From Candidatus Levyibacteriota bacterium (lineage in GTDB: Bacteria > Patescibacteriota > Microgenomatia > Levybacterales > UBA12049), in contig DAIDHK010000005.1 in assembly GCA_027459725.1 (NCBI GenBank), positions 17,612 to 81,611 of the forward strand: a DNA stretch of 64,000 nucleotides. Reading direction: 5' to 3'. The notes under the pieces were generated by a model, which was given only the letters and a program-made list of their open reading frames with translations, did no database searches and was not told where the DNA came from. Both the position numbers and the translations under genes were made by a program. This document shows positions 54,101-63,923 of this stretch, piece after piece; the stretch's first letter is position 1, and each line of letters opens with the position of its first letter.

Positions 54101-55669
54101 TCTTTTACAGTAGATACCACAGCACCTTCTGGTATCTCGCTTGACTCGCCGGGAGATGGTACTTATACCAACAATAGTAGACCAACGTATCGGTGGAAAG
54201 TAACATCTGATGCAACTAGTGGACTGTCCAAATACAAACTTGAAGTGGATTTGCCTGATGGCAATAATTTTGTCGTTGACAATATTCCTACCTCAGGTAC
54301 AAGCGATATCACGTCAAATCCAGAATATACGGTACATTTTGACGGATTTATGACCAATGATCCAACACAAGAATATATTTCAGTGACAACAAACGACAGC
54401 AATAACTGGCCAACTGGCAGTAATGACGGGCAGTTAGAAGCGGGCAGCAATACCTGGAAAATTATTGCATATGATAATGCAGGCAATACCACCACTGCCT
54501 CACGAACAATTTATTACGACACAACTGCTCCAACGATTACCGGTTTTACCTCAGGCAATGTTGGAACAGATGGTTCCTACCAACTCGTAACTGACCCCAC
54601 AACTCCCCTCACCGGAATAGTTTCAGATAATCTCATGCCAGACAAAATCACGTTTGCCATCTACAAACAGCAGCTATTACTTGGTCTTGTTACCTCCCAA
54701 AGTCTTTTTACCAATGAAACATATACCCTTCCTAATCCACATAATGATACCTCATTGACCTTCTTCTATTCTCCACAGCAAAAACTTACACCGGGATTCT
54801 ATGAAATAGATGCAACTGCGAAAGATAAAGCAGGCAACATCTCAACAAAATCTACTCTATATCTTGAATATCAACTATCCGGATTCGGTACATTCAATAT
54901 GCAGACAGGTACATTACCACAAGCTGCACTTACAACGACAGGAAATGAAGCGAAACAGGCAACATCCATTACTCCTACACCAATATCTATATCACAACCC
55001 CTTTCCATTCCGCACCTTGAACAAAGCGGACAGACAATCCGACAACAACAGGCTAATTTCTTTTCCGGACTAATAAGTGATATAACAATGTTTACTCTTA
55101 ACGCCTCGTATTCCATTTCAAGCGCAACCACCACATTGGCAAATACAGCAAAAACATTCACTCGACATACGACAATAGTATTCCTTAAACCAATTACGTA
55201 TGAAATTGGGGCAACGGAGCAAAGCGTCACGACTCATATTAAGCAAAATCAACAGAGGACAGCTTCAACCCTTGTAAAGACAGAAACTGCGATGGCACTC
55301 ACCATTACTGCAATCCAACAACCAGTCAGCCATACAGGAAATTTTTTAGACCGTGTCAAGATTGGAGCTGCAACATTTTATGAGATTGTCTTTGATCCTA
55401 TACCTACAACAATAACCAATGTTTCTATCGCAAAGATAAATAAGACAAATGCCACAATTACCTGGACGACTAACCAGTATGCAATAGGAAAAATTAATTA
55501 TGGTGAGACACTATCCTATGGACGATCGGTAAATCTTACTGCCTACACAAAAGTTCATACAGCCAAGCTTACTCATCTCAGTCCTGGAAAGAAATATTAT
55601 TTTGAAGTTATGGCACAAGGAAAAAATTATGTCTATGATTCCTACTATACATTTCAAACCAAACCATAA
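51155..55669 (+). CDS. Large secreted G/S/T/N-rich surface protein (repeat region, Ig-like domains, C-terminal FN3-like domain)
   Basis: Signal peptide ending VFA-A; WTDNGGDGNW...NW; DTxxPT Ig-domain boundaries; HTAKLTHLSPGKKYYFEV. Confidence 0.85.
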   Translation: MKLAVYHILTYIFFLFIFFFIFPISTQVFAATATWTDNGGDGNWGTCSNWSGGTGTNGCPGSSDTATFGSASTANVSINSTVNVAGINITSAYTGTISQGSSTVTIGSSNYSQAGGTYTGGTGTITINGSYTLSGGTFTSSSDTTNGLSFTGNFTISGSATFNNNAGIVIFDGSTQTLSCNNIVFNKVVINQGYGGGIINVGSNCNLPLGANPTVTINRSSVTLNGTLSGSGTLTLSTSYGDYNGTLTINSTGSLSGFSGITIGSGTPGLTIAGATADFSSYSPFSIGSFTLSSGTFTGPSSMTVYGGFSITGGIFNAPTTLTFMYANTISCNNVSFNTVVISMGNNASNGLVPLTIESNCNLPLGNNPTVIINRYGLILNGTLSGTGTITFGSNLSDYDGTITFNSGGGLSGFNGVAVTNYPPTFTFAGATADFSSYSPFSIGTLNITSGTLTAPSSMTINGGFSITGGTFNPPATLTFTYADTLSCNNVSFNTVVINLGDNQSSNKGPMIVEGNCNLPLGNNPTVTINRYGLTLNGTLSGSGALTVDNNNTDNTGSLTFNSSGILSGFSGLTITGGPPFIIGGNVTVPSLTIASNSSVSNPASAYTLSITGALINSAGTTFGGTNLTTNFTGSFATLGGNITSSGPCSVTAGTLSLNGNNLSCTNLTVASNGTLQLQGGESVTTPTLNSGSTVKFTGTSGTNSYTIPSWSYSDLTIDTGGMGTNTFNAPSSLSLATFTLANGTFVAPSGSLVLTGNFVHNGGTFTNNSGTVSLTGTSQQISGSTTFHNLSKTVSNTDTLAFGAGDTQTVSGLLTLQGASGNLLSLRSTITGTQWKIDPIGTIVLSHLNIKDSDNIGSVINPNNYTDLVNSGNNTNWQFDTASPTISINSVSSYTTNTTPTITGTATDGDDTVASVQFQMDNISGSWTTCLATDSDGKFDQASVTFSCTPSSTLSDGSHTMYIRATDSNGNTTPSNDYSSASFTVDTTAPSGISLDSPGDGTYTNNSRPTYRWKVTSDATSGLSKYKLEVDLPDGNNFVVDNIPTSGTSDITSNPEYTVHFDGFMTNDPTQEYISVTTNDSNNWPTGSNDGQLEAGSNTWKIIAYDNAGNTTTASRTIYYDTTAPTITGFTSGNVGTDGSYQLVTDPTTPLTGIVSDNLMPDKITFAIYKQQLLLGLVTSQSLFTNETYTLPNPHNDTSLTFFYSPQQKLTPGFYEIDATAKDKAGNISTKSTLYLEYQLSGFGTFNMQTGTLPQAALTTTGNEAKQATSITPTPISISQPLSIPHLEQSGQTIRQQQANFFSGLISDITMFTLNASYSISSATTTLANTAKTFTRHTTIVFLKPITYEIGATEQSVTTHIKQNQQRTASTLVKTETAMALTITAIQQPVSHTGNFLDRVKIGAATFYEIVFDPIPTTITNVSIAKINKTNATITWTTNQYAIGKINYGETLSYGRSVNLTAYTKVHTAKLTHLSPGKKYYFEVMAQGKNYVYDSYYTFQTKP
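51683..52885 (+). repeat. Three ~460-bp intragenic tandem repeats, the third partial
   Basis: SCNNxxFNxVVI...NCNLPLGxNPTVxINR...LNGTLSG occurs three times; GCCGGGGCTACAGCTGATTT appears at about 51971 and 52439. Confidence 0.85.
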
Positions 55670-55724
55670 TTTAGCAAAATACACTTGAGGCAAACAAGAA
55701 AACGAGATATGCTTAAAAAGAGTT

Positions 55725-56213
55725 ATGAAAAAATTACATAGTATATTAAACAACAAAAAATACCTACAAAGTGTTTTGCTTTCAGCAACAACAATTTTAA
55801 TTTTTGTTGTCACTAGACTACCCCATATGCAAACCCTCATTTTACTCTTGACAGGTATCATGCTTGTTATCCTTATATCTTATATATATATTGCCCGACA
55901 AATGAAACGAAAAAAAACACTTAGCTTTGTCTACCTAATTATACTGACAACACTTTTACTTGTCTTCTCGACTGGCTGGTATGTGTCTCCCTTTTTCTTT
56001 TTACTATATTTGCTCTCGATTAGTTTTACTTTTCTTTTCCCACCACTGGTGACGAGAACTTTTGTACTCACACTCTCGATTCTTCTTCTCCTCACAATCG
56101 GACAAGTAGATATCTGGTATGATCTATTCATCGTGCTTTCCATACTCGTGATCATACCACTGTATCATTATTTGCAAAAAGAATATTTGCTTATTAAAGA
56201 ACAGACCAAATAG
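55725..56213 (+). CDS. Membrane protein resembling a kinase sensor module
   Basis: Multi-TM; STGWYVSPFFFLLY. Confidence 0.65.
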   Translation: MKKLHSILNNKKYLQSVLLSATTILIFVVTRLPHMQTLILLLTGIMLVILISYIYIARQMKRKKTLSFVYLIILTTLLLVFSTGWYVSPFFFLLYLLSISFTFLFPPLVTRTFVLTLSILLLLTIGQVDIWYDLFIVLSILVIIPLYHYLQKEYLLIKEQTK

Positions 56214-56367
56214 TTATATGCTCTGCATTTTCTTTCACTAACGATAAATTGTCATATTGTAAGAGTCACAGTCCCACCCAAGTAAGTGTACCATTACGTA
56301 CAAAAAACCAGTCGAATAAAACAAAAGTAGAAGATGAGGATACTAGTAAGGTAAGGCTTGATTTAAA

Positions 56368-56625
56368 TTAATCATCCCCTCCACCGCCGCCTTCTCCTCC
56401 CACATTTACACGATATCCCGGGTGTTGAATTTGTGGAGGTATCTGCGTTGCAGTTGGCAAAAATGTCGGTCCGGCACTGAGTACTGGCGAGATTGTTGCC
56501 TGTAAATTTGTAGGTGGGACACTCTTACTATTTGAAGATAGTGTATGAGTAACCGTCTGGAGAGAACTGAAAAAAATAATTAAAGCGAAGAGAATAAATA
56601 GCGCAATAATAAGTCTGTTGTTCAT
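56368..56625 (-). CDS. Small membrane-anchored P/T-rich protein with a Gly/acidic tail
   Basis: N-terminal TM; ends GGEGGGGGDD; directly follows the oxidoreductase gene. Confidence 0.6.
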   Translation of the reverse strand: MNNRLIIALFILFALIIFFSSLQTVTHTLSSNSKSVPPTNLQATISPVLSAGPTFLPTATQIPPQIQHPGYRVNVGGEGGGGGDD

Positions 56626-56647
56626 ATCTTAATAAGTATAACATAGA

Positions 56648-58168
56648 CTAGATATAGCCTGGGAAAAAATCCTTTTTAATATGTTTCGATGAAACTCCCA
56701 TCCTTAAAAGCATTTCTTCATATCCTCTTACCATTGGATGGGGACCGGATAGGTAAAAATTGCATTCCTTAAAATCAGGCGCGGCCTCTTTTATCATTTC
56801 GGGTGTAACTCTTCCCACTTTACCTGGCCAATTTTTGGGAATTGTCTGTTCATCAGTTAAAGTTAAAACCGTTTTTACTCCGGCTTTTTTTGCTTCTTGC
56901 AAAACGTCTGTGTAGGCAATCTCTGAATAATTTTTATTGGCATATAAAAGAACAATTGAACGCATTTGATGAGTATCAATAAGGTATTTAATCATACTTC
57001 TAAATGGAGTTATTCCAATACCTCCAGCCATGAAAACAAGTTTAACTTTGGGATCACTCGGCAGAGTAAAATCTCCGGCCAGGTTTCCCGCAACGATCTG
57101 GCTTTTTGCGTCAAGGTTAAGAAGAGCTTTTTTGAAACTGCTGCCTTGAGGATAAAATTTTATACCCAAATGTATATTTTCTTCAGTGGGTGAAGAAGCA
57201 ATTGTAAAGTATCTTCGGTTACCCCTACTATCCGGATCTTCATGGGGCATCGTCCATTCCATATATTGTCCGGGTAAGAAAGTAAAACGTCCTGTTGCTG
57301 TCGTAAACACAAAGTCAATAATATCCTGACCATATGATATCTTTTCTTTAATGCGCAAAAAAAGTTTTTGTTTTGGACTGACAAGATAGGAAAAAATATT
57401 GCCAGTTACAAGTGCTAGTTCAGGGGTTGAAAAAAGTGTTCCAAGGTGAATATGCGGCGAAAACAGAAAGCCAACCAGTCCTCCATAAAACATTCTCAAA
57501 TCTTTTGTCGGAGGCGTTGTAAAGGGCTCCGTGAGCATTATAAAGGCAAAAAACAGCAATGACGAGGAAAGCAGGAGGGTTTTAAAAGTAGTGAGGATAT
57601 TGGCACCATGATAAAGTGTAAAAAATGTTTCAGTGATAAATGCCACAAAAAAGAAAGTTAACACCATATCTTCTCTACGAATTTTTCTAACAATAGAAAG
57701 TCCAAAAATAACAACAAAGGGCATCATCACTGGTGTTCCAACCCACCAATTTGCTGAATCATTTAACCAAAGTGCAGTCAAGACAACTGCGATAGCAACT
57801 GGATTGAAAATATGTTTTCTATTAATTGCCAGTATGTATTTTGATGCCATTGCCAACACAGGCGCCCAGAAAAGAATCAACAGATCGTTCGTACTCCTAA
57901 ACGGAGGAACAATGAGGGCAAGGATAAGAGCTGTAATGTATGCAGACTCAACATTTGTCGGAGCGTCAAATACTTTTGAGAATATACCGTTAGTAATAAG
58001 CGAAAGAAAAAGGATAAATGCAGTCGAAAACAGAATTGATCCGGGAGAATAAGGTAAAATACCCAAAAATCCAAATATTAATGCAATGACCAAAATCCCT
58101 ATCAATTCATAGAGTACAAGACGATACATCGTAATTCTGTCAAGGATAGAATAAATAAATTTCAACAT
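56648..58168 (-). CDS. NqrB/RnfD-like membrane domain fused to a ferredoxin-NADP reductase-type FAD/NAD domain
   Basis: KHIFNP and MLTEPFTTP; PGQY, RYFTIASSP, AGGIGITPF and YLSGP motifs. Confidence 0.9.
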   Translation of the reverse strand: MLKFIYSILDRITMYRLVLYELIGILVIALIFGFLGILPYSPGSILFSTAFILFLSLITNGIFSKVFDAPTNVESAYITALILALIVPPFRSTNDLLILFWAPVLAMASKYILAINRKHIFNPVAIAVVLTALWLNDSANWWVGTPVMMPFVVIFGLSIVRKIRREDMVLTFFFVAFITETFFTLYHGANILTTFKTLLLSSSLLFFAFIMLTEPFTTPPTKDLRMFYGGLVGFLFSPHIHLGTLFSTPELALVTGNIFSYLVSPKQKLFLRIKEKISYGQDIIDFVFTTATGRFTFLPGQYMEWTMPHEDPDSRGNRRYFTIASSPTEENIHLGIKFYPQGSSFKKALLNLDAKSQIVAGNLAGDFTLPSDPKVKLVFMAGGIGITPFRSMIKYLIDTHQMRSIVLLYANKNYSEIAYTDVLQEAKKAGVKTVLTLTDEQTIPKNWPGKVGRVTPEMIKEAAPDFKECNFYLSGPHPMVRGYEEMLLRMGVSSKHIKKDFFPGYI

Positions 58169-58169
58169 A

Positions 58170-58682
58170 TTAGTGAGCTTGTGACAGCGCTGATGCAAGA
58201 GACTGTTGGAAAGCCTGGCTTGTATCAGATGCCCCGGATACAATGTCTACTGCCGCAGATTGGGCTTGAAGGGCTTCCTGCTTCAGGTATGGCATTGCCT
58301 GTGTATTAATAGCAATGGATGTACTTCTATCATTGGGGTATTGTAAAAAAATCACATCGACTATTCGTCCCCCACTAATGACGGCTTGAACTTGGATGTT
58401 GCCATAGAATGCATCTGCAACACTTCCTGTATATGTCCCATCTTTATACTGTCCATGCGGGGTAGAAGAGTTTGTTGAACCACCTGATTGTAGAGGGGTT
58501 GGGGTTGATTGAGAGGGAGGGTTTCCAGAACCGCTTGTGGGAGGAGTTGTCATAATATTGGTTGTATTTTGTTGTGGTTGTGGTGGGATATTTAAAGGAG
58601 TACTGTTTATATCTTCCTGTCTCAAAAGTCCATTTATAATAAAAAGTCCTACCACAAACATAGAAAGCAGTATTTTTTTCAT
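58170..58682 (-). CDS. Extracytosolic FMN-binding domain protein
   Basis: YKDGTYTG and the flavinylation motif DIVSGAS. Confidence 0.9.
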   Translation of the reverse strand: MKKILLSMFVVGLFIINGLLRQEDINSTPLNIPPQPQQNTTNIMTTPPTSGSGNPPSQSTPTPLQSGGSTNSSTPHGQYKDGTYTGSVADAFYGNIQVQAVISGGRIVDVIFLQYPNDRSTSIAINTQAMPYLKQEALQAQSAAVDIVSGASDTSQAFQQSLASALSQAH

Positions 58683-58999
58683 AGAATTATAAATAAAGAT
58701 TTAATATAATTATACAGTTTTTTCTAAAGTAGAGATATATTTCCCGTATTCTAAATGAAAATAAATTTAATAAACCAGCAGTGTCTTTCATTTTTCACAC
58801 AATTTTTCGTTTCTCATAATGTGAAATTTACATGATGGCTATTTAAAACAGCACTAGCAACCGACTTTATGGATTTGTTCTTTATGGATCAATGTGGAGT
58901 CCAAGCTATTTGATTTCATAATTGAATTAAACAATAAGAATGCCTGCATGGCTAGTTTCTACTTTTTTTTCAATACGCTTTCAATTTCAAATATATATA

Positions 59000-59278
59000 T
59001 TAAGGATTATGATACATCTTAGTATAATTTTGAAGAATTATGCTATATGTAAGAGCATACTCAGCTAACTTCTCCTTATCATAATTTTTTAATGTGTCGA
59101 TCTTAGAAAGGATTTTTTGAATATATGGTTTCTCAAGTGATGGATTAATTTCATTTTTTCTCTTCAGTGCTTCATCTAAGAATCGAGAAGCCATAGTAAC
59201 AGAATTTCTATGATATCCAATTGCTACTCGCATGAGATCCATTACTAAAGACTCCATTGCAATTTTATTATTCTTCAT
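59000..59278 (-). CDS. Hypothetical helical protein coupled to DUF5674
   Basis: ATGA overlap with the upstream gene; MDLMRVA and AEYAL segments. Confidence 0.7.
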   Translation of the reverse strand: MKNNKIAMESLVMDLMRVAIGYHRNSVTMASRFLDEALKRKNEINPSLEKPYIQKILSKIDTLKNYDKEKLAEYALTYSIILQNYTKMYHNP

Positions 59279-59613
59279 AGAATGGCCCCAAAAAAGAATT
59301 TTGTTAACTCCTCATATGCTTTTCTCAACTTTTCACTCTGTATCTCATTACTCCGATTATTCTGTGTCGGTCTTATATTAATAAAGGAATTAAAATCAAT
59401 AGTTTTGGTTTCCAAATCAACACCTCCACCCCAAATATCTGCCTGAGCTGAGCCATTCTTCAAAAGAACCTCTTCAGATTCAAAATGCCTATCACAACCT
59501 GCTGAACAAATCTTCTTTTTTACATCAATAACCGTTTTAATATATGTATCAAATACTTCTTTTAATTTGATAATTTCTTGTGGGGTAAATGGCTCTTTTT
59601 TAGTAATAATCAC
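59275..59613 (-). CDS. DUF5674 family protein
   Basis: IKTVID, H..EEVLL.NGS...DIWG and SFINIRPTQNNRS motifs. Confidence 0.8.
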   Translation of the reverse strand: MIITKKEPFTPQEIIKLKEVFDTYIKTVIDVKKKICSAGCDRHFESEEVLLKNGSAQADIWGGGVDLETKTIDFNSFINIRPTQNNRSNEIQSEKLRKAYEELTKFFFGAIL

Positions 59614-59781
59614 AGATTTATTATATCAGAATATACATACGCGATTTTAAGATGGACTCTTAGTAAAAGTGAGAATTAAATAAAAACAATCTACCGAAAT
59701 GGGGGTAACGCATATAAATGAAATAAATATTCCGTACACTGTGATATACTTACTTCATTAATCTTTCATTGAAAGTATAGA

Positions 59782-61662
59782 ATGAGTACAAAATTATTTA
59801 AACGGATTCCTTTTTTTACTTCATTTAATACATTTTTTCTCTTCGCATCTGTTTTTGTAGTCTATCTATTTGTTTTCTTAGAACAATCCGCAAATTATCG
59901 ATTAAATGACTCACTATTCGCATTTCTAGCAGGTACCTTATTTATACTGTATTTGCTTTTCAAAGGTAAATTGACACTCCCTTTAGTTACGACAATTACC
60001 CTCGCCCTATTTCTTGTATGGCAGCTAATCACACTCTTCTTTTCTCGTGATATTGGCGTATCTCTTTGGGCAACTGCTCCAATAATAGGAGTTATGATGC
60101 TTTTTTTGATGACATATTCAATTCTCTCGCAGGAAAAATCACGTTTGCATGATTTACATATATATATAGTTAGCTTGGGTGAATTACTCGTGGTTTATGA
60201 TCTCGTAACTTTTTTACTTAACAACGGCATTGCTAATCATCAAGTCTTTGCAGGATCATTCCTCTGGCATAATCAAGCTGCCGGACTATTACTCTTTCTT
60301 ATTCCCCTCACACTAGCGTTACTGATCCGAAGACAGACTAAACAAACACTTTTTCTTTTGAGTATTTTATTTATAATAAATGTGTTTGCTCTCATTCTCA
60401 CATCATCCCGTGGTGGATGGATATCCTTAATTCTGGGTCTTTGCGTTTTCTTTATACTTACTTTCCGAAGTATGAGAAAATATGGCAAACTCCTTGCTAT
60501 ACTAACTACCATCATTTTCATACTCAGCGCGATTAGTATTCGAGGTACTCAGCTAACCCAACGACTGACAAGCATAGGAAATGAGCTTTCTTCGCAAACA
60601 CAAGATGTAAGCGCCAAAACGAGAGTTGCCGTTTGGCAAGATGCATTGACCATGATTTCGGCTTCTCCTTTGGTAGGAATGGGAACTGGAACATTTGGAA
60701 CGATGATGGAGACATATGAAACACAACCCTGGTTGTATTCAGCCAACGCCCATGATTATTTTCTTGAAATTGCAGTAGATAATGGAATACCTGCCCTGAT
60801 ATTTTTCCTAATTTTTTTGGCAAGCATCATATTACCGACTCAGAAAACCGCTATTCATTTTTTTAATAAAGCTCAGGATAATAGTGTGTTCGCAGGGTTC
60901 TTAGCAGCCTGGATTGGTGCGCTCGCTCACACGCTCATTGATATAGATTGGTCACGAATTTCTCTTTTATTACTTTTCTGGCTTTGTTGTGCTGCTCTTC
61001 TATCACTATGCAAAACATCCAAGTTTGTAGTAGAAGAAAAAGGCAAAATTTATTTAGCTTATGTTGCAGTATTATTATTTCTATTCATAACGACATTAGG
61101 AATCTTGAGTGCATCGAATTTTAACCAGGCAGCACAAGCATCAAACATAACTGAACAACAAAATTATTTGGCAGCTGCGATACAATTTGACCCTTATGAT
61201 GAGAAATACTATTTCAATCAAGCCCTGCTTCTGATCAATCAGGGGAAATGGACAGATGCGAGAGCACAACTGGTTCTGGCAAAAAAAATAAACAGCAGTG
61301 ATAGCGACATCTACTATTTGTTAGGTTATTCCTATTGTCAACAACGGCAAGAAAGTCTTTGTCAAACTTACATCAAAAAAGCGATCAGTATTTCTCCATA
61401 TAAAGATCCAACGTATTATATTTTACTGGCGAAATCATACTTGATGACTAACAATCAGATGGCTGTAAGAAAGCTTTTATCTCATGCAATTACCTACTCT
61501 TTTCCTATAAATGAAAATTTTCGGATGTACAAATATCTATATGATTATACCGGCCTGACAAAAAATCTGAAAAGTCTCTATCTCCTTCTCGCCACTCTTG
61601 ATGTACAAGGTGGTAATACCACCGCCTCTCGCCATCTGCTCGCCATCTCAAAAACACTCTAA
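59782..61662 (+). CDS. O-antigen ligase/Wzy-family polytopic protein with C-terminal TPRs
   Basis: LTSSRGGW, RVAVW, PLVGMGTG, NAHDYFLE and HTLID motifs; TPR-like tail. Confidence 0.88.
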   Translation: MSTKLFKRIPFFTSFNTFFLFASVFVVYLFVFLEQSANYRLNDSLFAFLAGTLFILYLLFKGKLTLPLVTTITLALFLVWQLITLFFSRDIGVSLWATAPIIGVMMLFLMTYSILSQEKSRLHDLHIYIVSLGELLVVYDLVTFLLNNGIANHQVFAGSFLWHNQAAGLLLFLIPLTLALLIRRQTKQTLFLLSILFIINVFALILTSSRGGWISLILGLCVFFILTFRSMRKYGKLLAILTTIIFILSAISIRGTQLTQRLTSIGNELSSQTQDVSAKTRVAVWQDALTMISASPLVGMGTGTFGTMMETYETQPWLYSANAHDYFLEIAVDNGIPALIFFLIFLASIILPTQKTAIHFFNKAQDNSVFAGFLAAWIGALAHTLIDIDWSRISLLLLFWLCCAALLSLCKTSKFVVEEKGKIYLAYVAVLLFLFITTLGILSASNFNQAAQASNITEQQNYLAAAIQFDPYDEKYYFNQALLLINQGKWTDARAQLVLAKKINSSDSDIYYLLGYSYCQQRQESLCQTYIKKAISISPYKDPTYYILLAKSYLMTNNQMAVRKLLSHAITYSFPINENFRMYKYLYDYTGLTKNLKSLYLLLATLDVQGGNTTASRHLLAISKTL

Positions 61663-62280
61663 ATTCTTCTAGTACTAAACAGTAGTTTATGCATAAAATG
61701 ATAGATGAAGCATCGGCACCTATCTCCTTGAAAAACAAATACTATAATTATCCAATTTAGGCATCTTTGGCTCAGTCGCCACAGAAGACTTTTTCGCTTC
61801 CGAGGGAGTCGTCTGAGAAAATGTATCACTTCTTTCTACAGCCGTCTGTACTTTATCTTTCAATTCCACATCACCAGGTCCAAATTTGATTCACTCATAC
61901 TTTCACCTCTTTTTCTATATGCTACTTAGCTAAAATCCAGAATAGTAAACAAATACTCTGAGACTATAATTCCTGGATCCAAAATCATAGGTTACTCTCA
62001 TTCACAAACACATTGTTTGTTATATTAATTTAAAAACGGATTAGTAGATCCAATTCAAGACCAAATAAAATTAGCCTCTAATGATGGAAAGTATTTTTCT
62101 GACAGTTTCCGAAATATTTGCATTGTATCTGCTCCTTATATGAATTACGTATATATCACCCAATATTCCCCAACCAATTTCCCGCTATTTGGTAAATTTA
62201 TAATAATAGGCAACTATATTTACATCACATCAACTATTTTTACTTCAAGAGCAAGATTATGTATAATATGGCAGTTATAT

Positions 62281-62712
62281 ATGGAAAAAGACAAGTTAGA
62301 ATTAATAGCCTTAAATACTTTCCGACAAATGAAAGCAACAGCAGATAGCCGAGATGTGTCAATGCATCGAGCAGCAATCGACGCGGTAGATATTTTAGCG
62401 AAAGCTGAACAAAATATAACAAGAATACAAGCAAAAAATCCTATTGATTTGACTCCGGAAGCTATCACTAATTATCAACCCACGACTGTTAAACGAGTAA
62501 TATCAACATCATTAGATCGATTTACCAGATATAAGAATCGAACTTCGGAATTTGCAGCATTGTCGGTTTTTGCAGGCGCTACAGCGGGTGTTTTTGTTAG
62601 TGCGCCTGATCTTTCATCGCATGTTATAGCCACAGCTGTTATTAGTGGATATGGCATTAATACTATAGCGACATGCATTAGAACCAGAATAAAGGGATAT
62701 AGAGATAAGTAA
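62281..62712 (+). CDS. Hypothetical protein with C-terminal hydrophobic segments
   Basis: ATG shortly after TATAAT. Confidence 0.6.
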   Translation: MEKDKLELIALNTFRQMKATADSRDVSMHRAAIDAVDILAKAEQNITRIQAKNPIDLTPEAITNYQPTTVKRVISTSLDRFTRYKNRTSEFAALSVFAGATAGVFVSAPDLSSHVIATAVISGYGINTIATCIRTRIKGYRDK

Positions 62713-62789
62713 GTTTCTCTAAAGTAAACTGATGATTTTTTGAATAAGAGATAAATTAAGACACAACTTACATTGCGACCAAGATACTC

Positions 62790-63436
62790 ATAAAAGAGCT
62801 GGGAATTCCCACAATTTGTGAAACCACCATTGCCAAGATTATCAAAAGAAGACATTTCACTTTTGAAGCCAAAGTCTACCCACAGAAACAGAAAGACAGT
62901 TTCAAGAACCTGCAAGTACGAAAATCTCCCAAGGTGAAAACCCCTGGATTTATTGAGATGGATTCAGTCGTTGTGTATGTTAACTTTGAGAAACATTTGT
63001 TTATGTGTGTAATTGATATTTACGCTAAATTTGCCCAAGTGACCTATGTTCCAAATCTGTCATCAGCAACAGCCAGAGAGGTGTTTAAAAGCTTTCAGAA
63101 AGCAAACCCAACACCAATTCATACCATGCAAACTGATAATGGCTCTGAGTTTCTTAAATCATTTAAGAGTATCTAGTGGAACAGAAAATTAAACACCAAT
63201 TCATTTATCACAGAATGCCAAAGATCAATGGTTTCATTGAGAGGTTCAATAGAACCATACAGAAAGAGTTTATCCTAAGAAGTAACGAAATCTATTATGG
63301 ACCAAGACGCATTTGCAAAAAAGATTACAGAGTATTTATACTGATATAACTAACAAAGGCCACATACGTCACTTAAATACATGTCGCATATGAACTTTAT
63401 TCAAACCCTCCGTACGAAAAGTACGTGACCTATACA
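62790..63436 (+). mobile_element. Decayed IS481-like DDE (rve) transposase remnant
   Basis: CETTIAKIIKR, IEMDS and QTDNGSEF, then a frameshift, then PKINGFIERFNRTIQ; ends ...GACCTATACA, consistent with an IS481-type ACA terminus. Confidence 0.82.
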
Positions 63437-63477
63437 AGAGCTATCGTTTAACCAATATTTATAGTATAATGTATATA

Positions 63478-63909
63478 ATGCATAAATCATTTTATGTAAG
63501 CGGATTTTTATACCATCAACCTTCTCAACAAATTCTCTTGCAACAAATTTCCTCTTTACAAAATCATTTATCGCAATGGTTTTTATTTGGAGAATCATAT
63601 AAACAGGGAGCTTACGCTGAGAAAATATTTCAAAATATAATTTATCAACAACTAGGACTGGAGATTAAAAATATAAACTCGGTATATTCTTATGAAAATG
63701 ATAATGCAAATTATAGTATTTTTTATTCAGAAATAAAAAAATTATCTGATTTTCCTGGCAAAAATGATCGTATATTTCAGTGGTTATCTTTTAAAAATAT
63801 CCCCAAATTGCATATTTCAGCTCAAACCAAACATGATATTGTCATAGCACAACGTGTAATAGATTCTATTAATAGAAAAAATACAATAAACCAGACAAAC
63901 CCGGAATAA
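63478..63909 (+). CDS. Hypothetical protein with a degenerate NUDIX-like fold
   Basis: SGFLYHQPSQQILLQQ, WFLFG, WLSF and HDI segments. Confidence 0.6.
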   Translation: MHKSFYVSGFLYHQPSQQILLQQISSLQNHLSQWFLFGESYKQGAYAEKIFQNIIYQQLGLEIKNINSVYSYENDNANYSIFYSEIKKLSDFPGKNDRIFQWLSFKNIPKLHISAQTKHDIVIAQRVIDSINRKNTINQTNPE

Positions 63910-63923
63910 AAAATATCTACTGT

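Noticed and set aside
51232-55230. Many antisense ORFs inside the surface-protein gene
   Set aside because: Expected from the codon bias of G/S/T/N-rich sequence.
61760-61830. GCATCTTTGGCTCAGTCG resembles a tRNA 5' end
   Set aside because: No D-loop GG, no TTC T-arm and no acceptor-stem pairing.
61700-61910. Minus-strand SD GAGGTG plus ATG, with a 56-codon open stretch in another frame
   Set aside because: Could be a frameshifted small gene, but no motif supports it.
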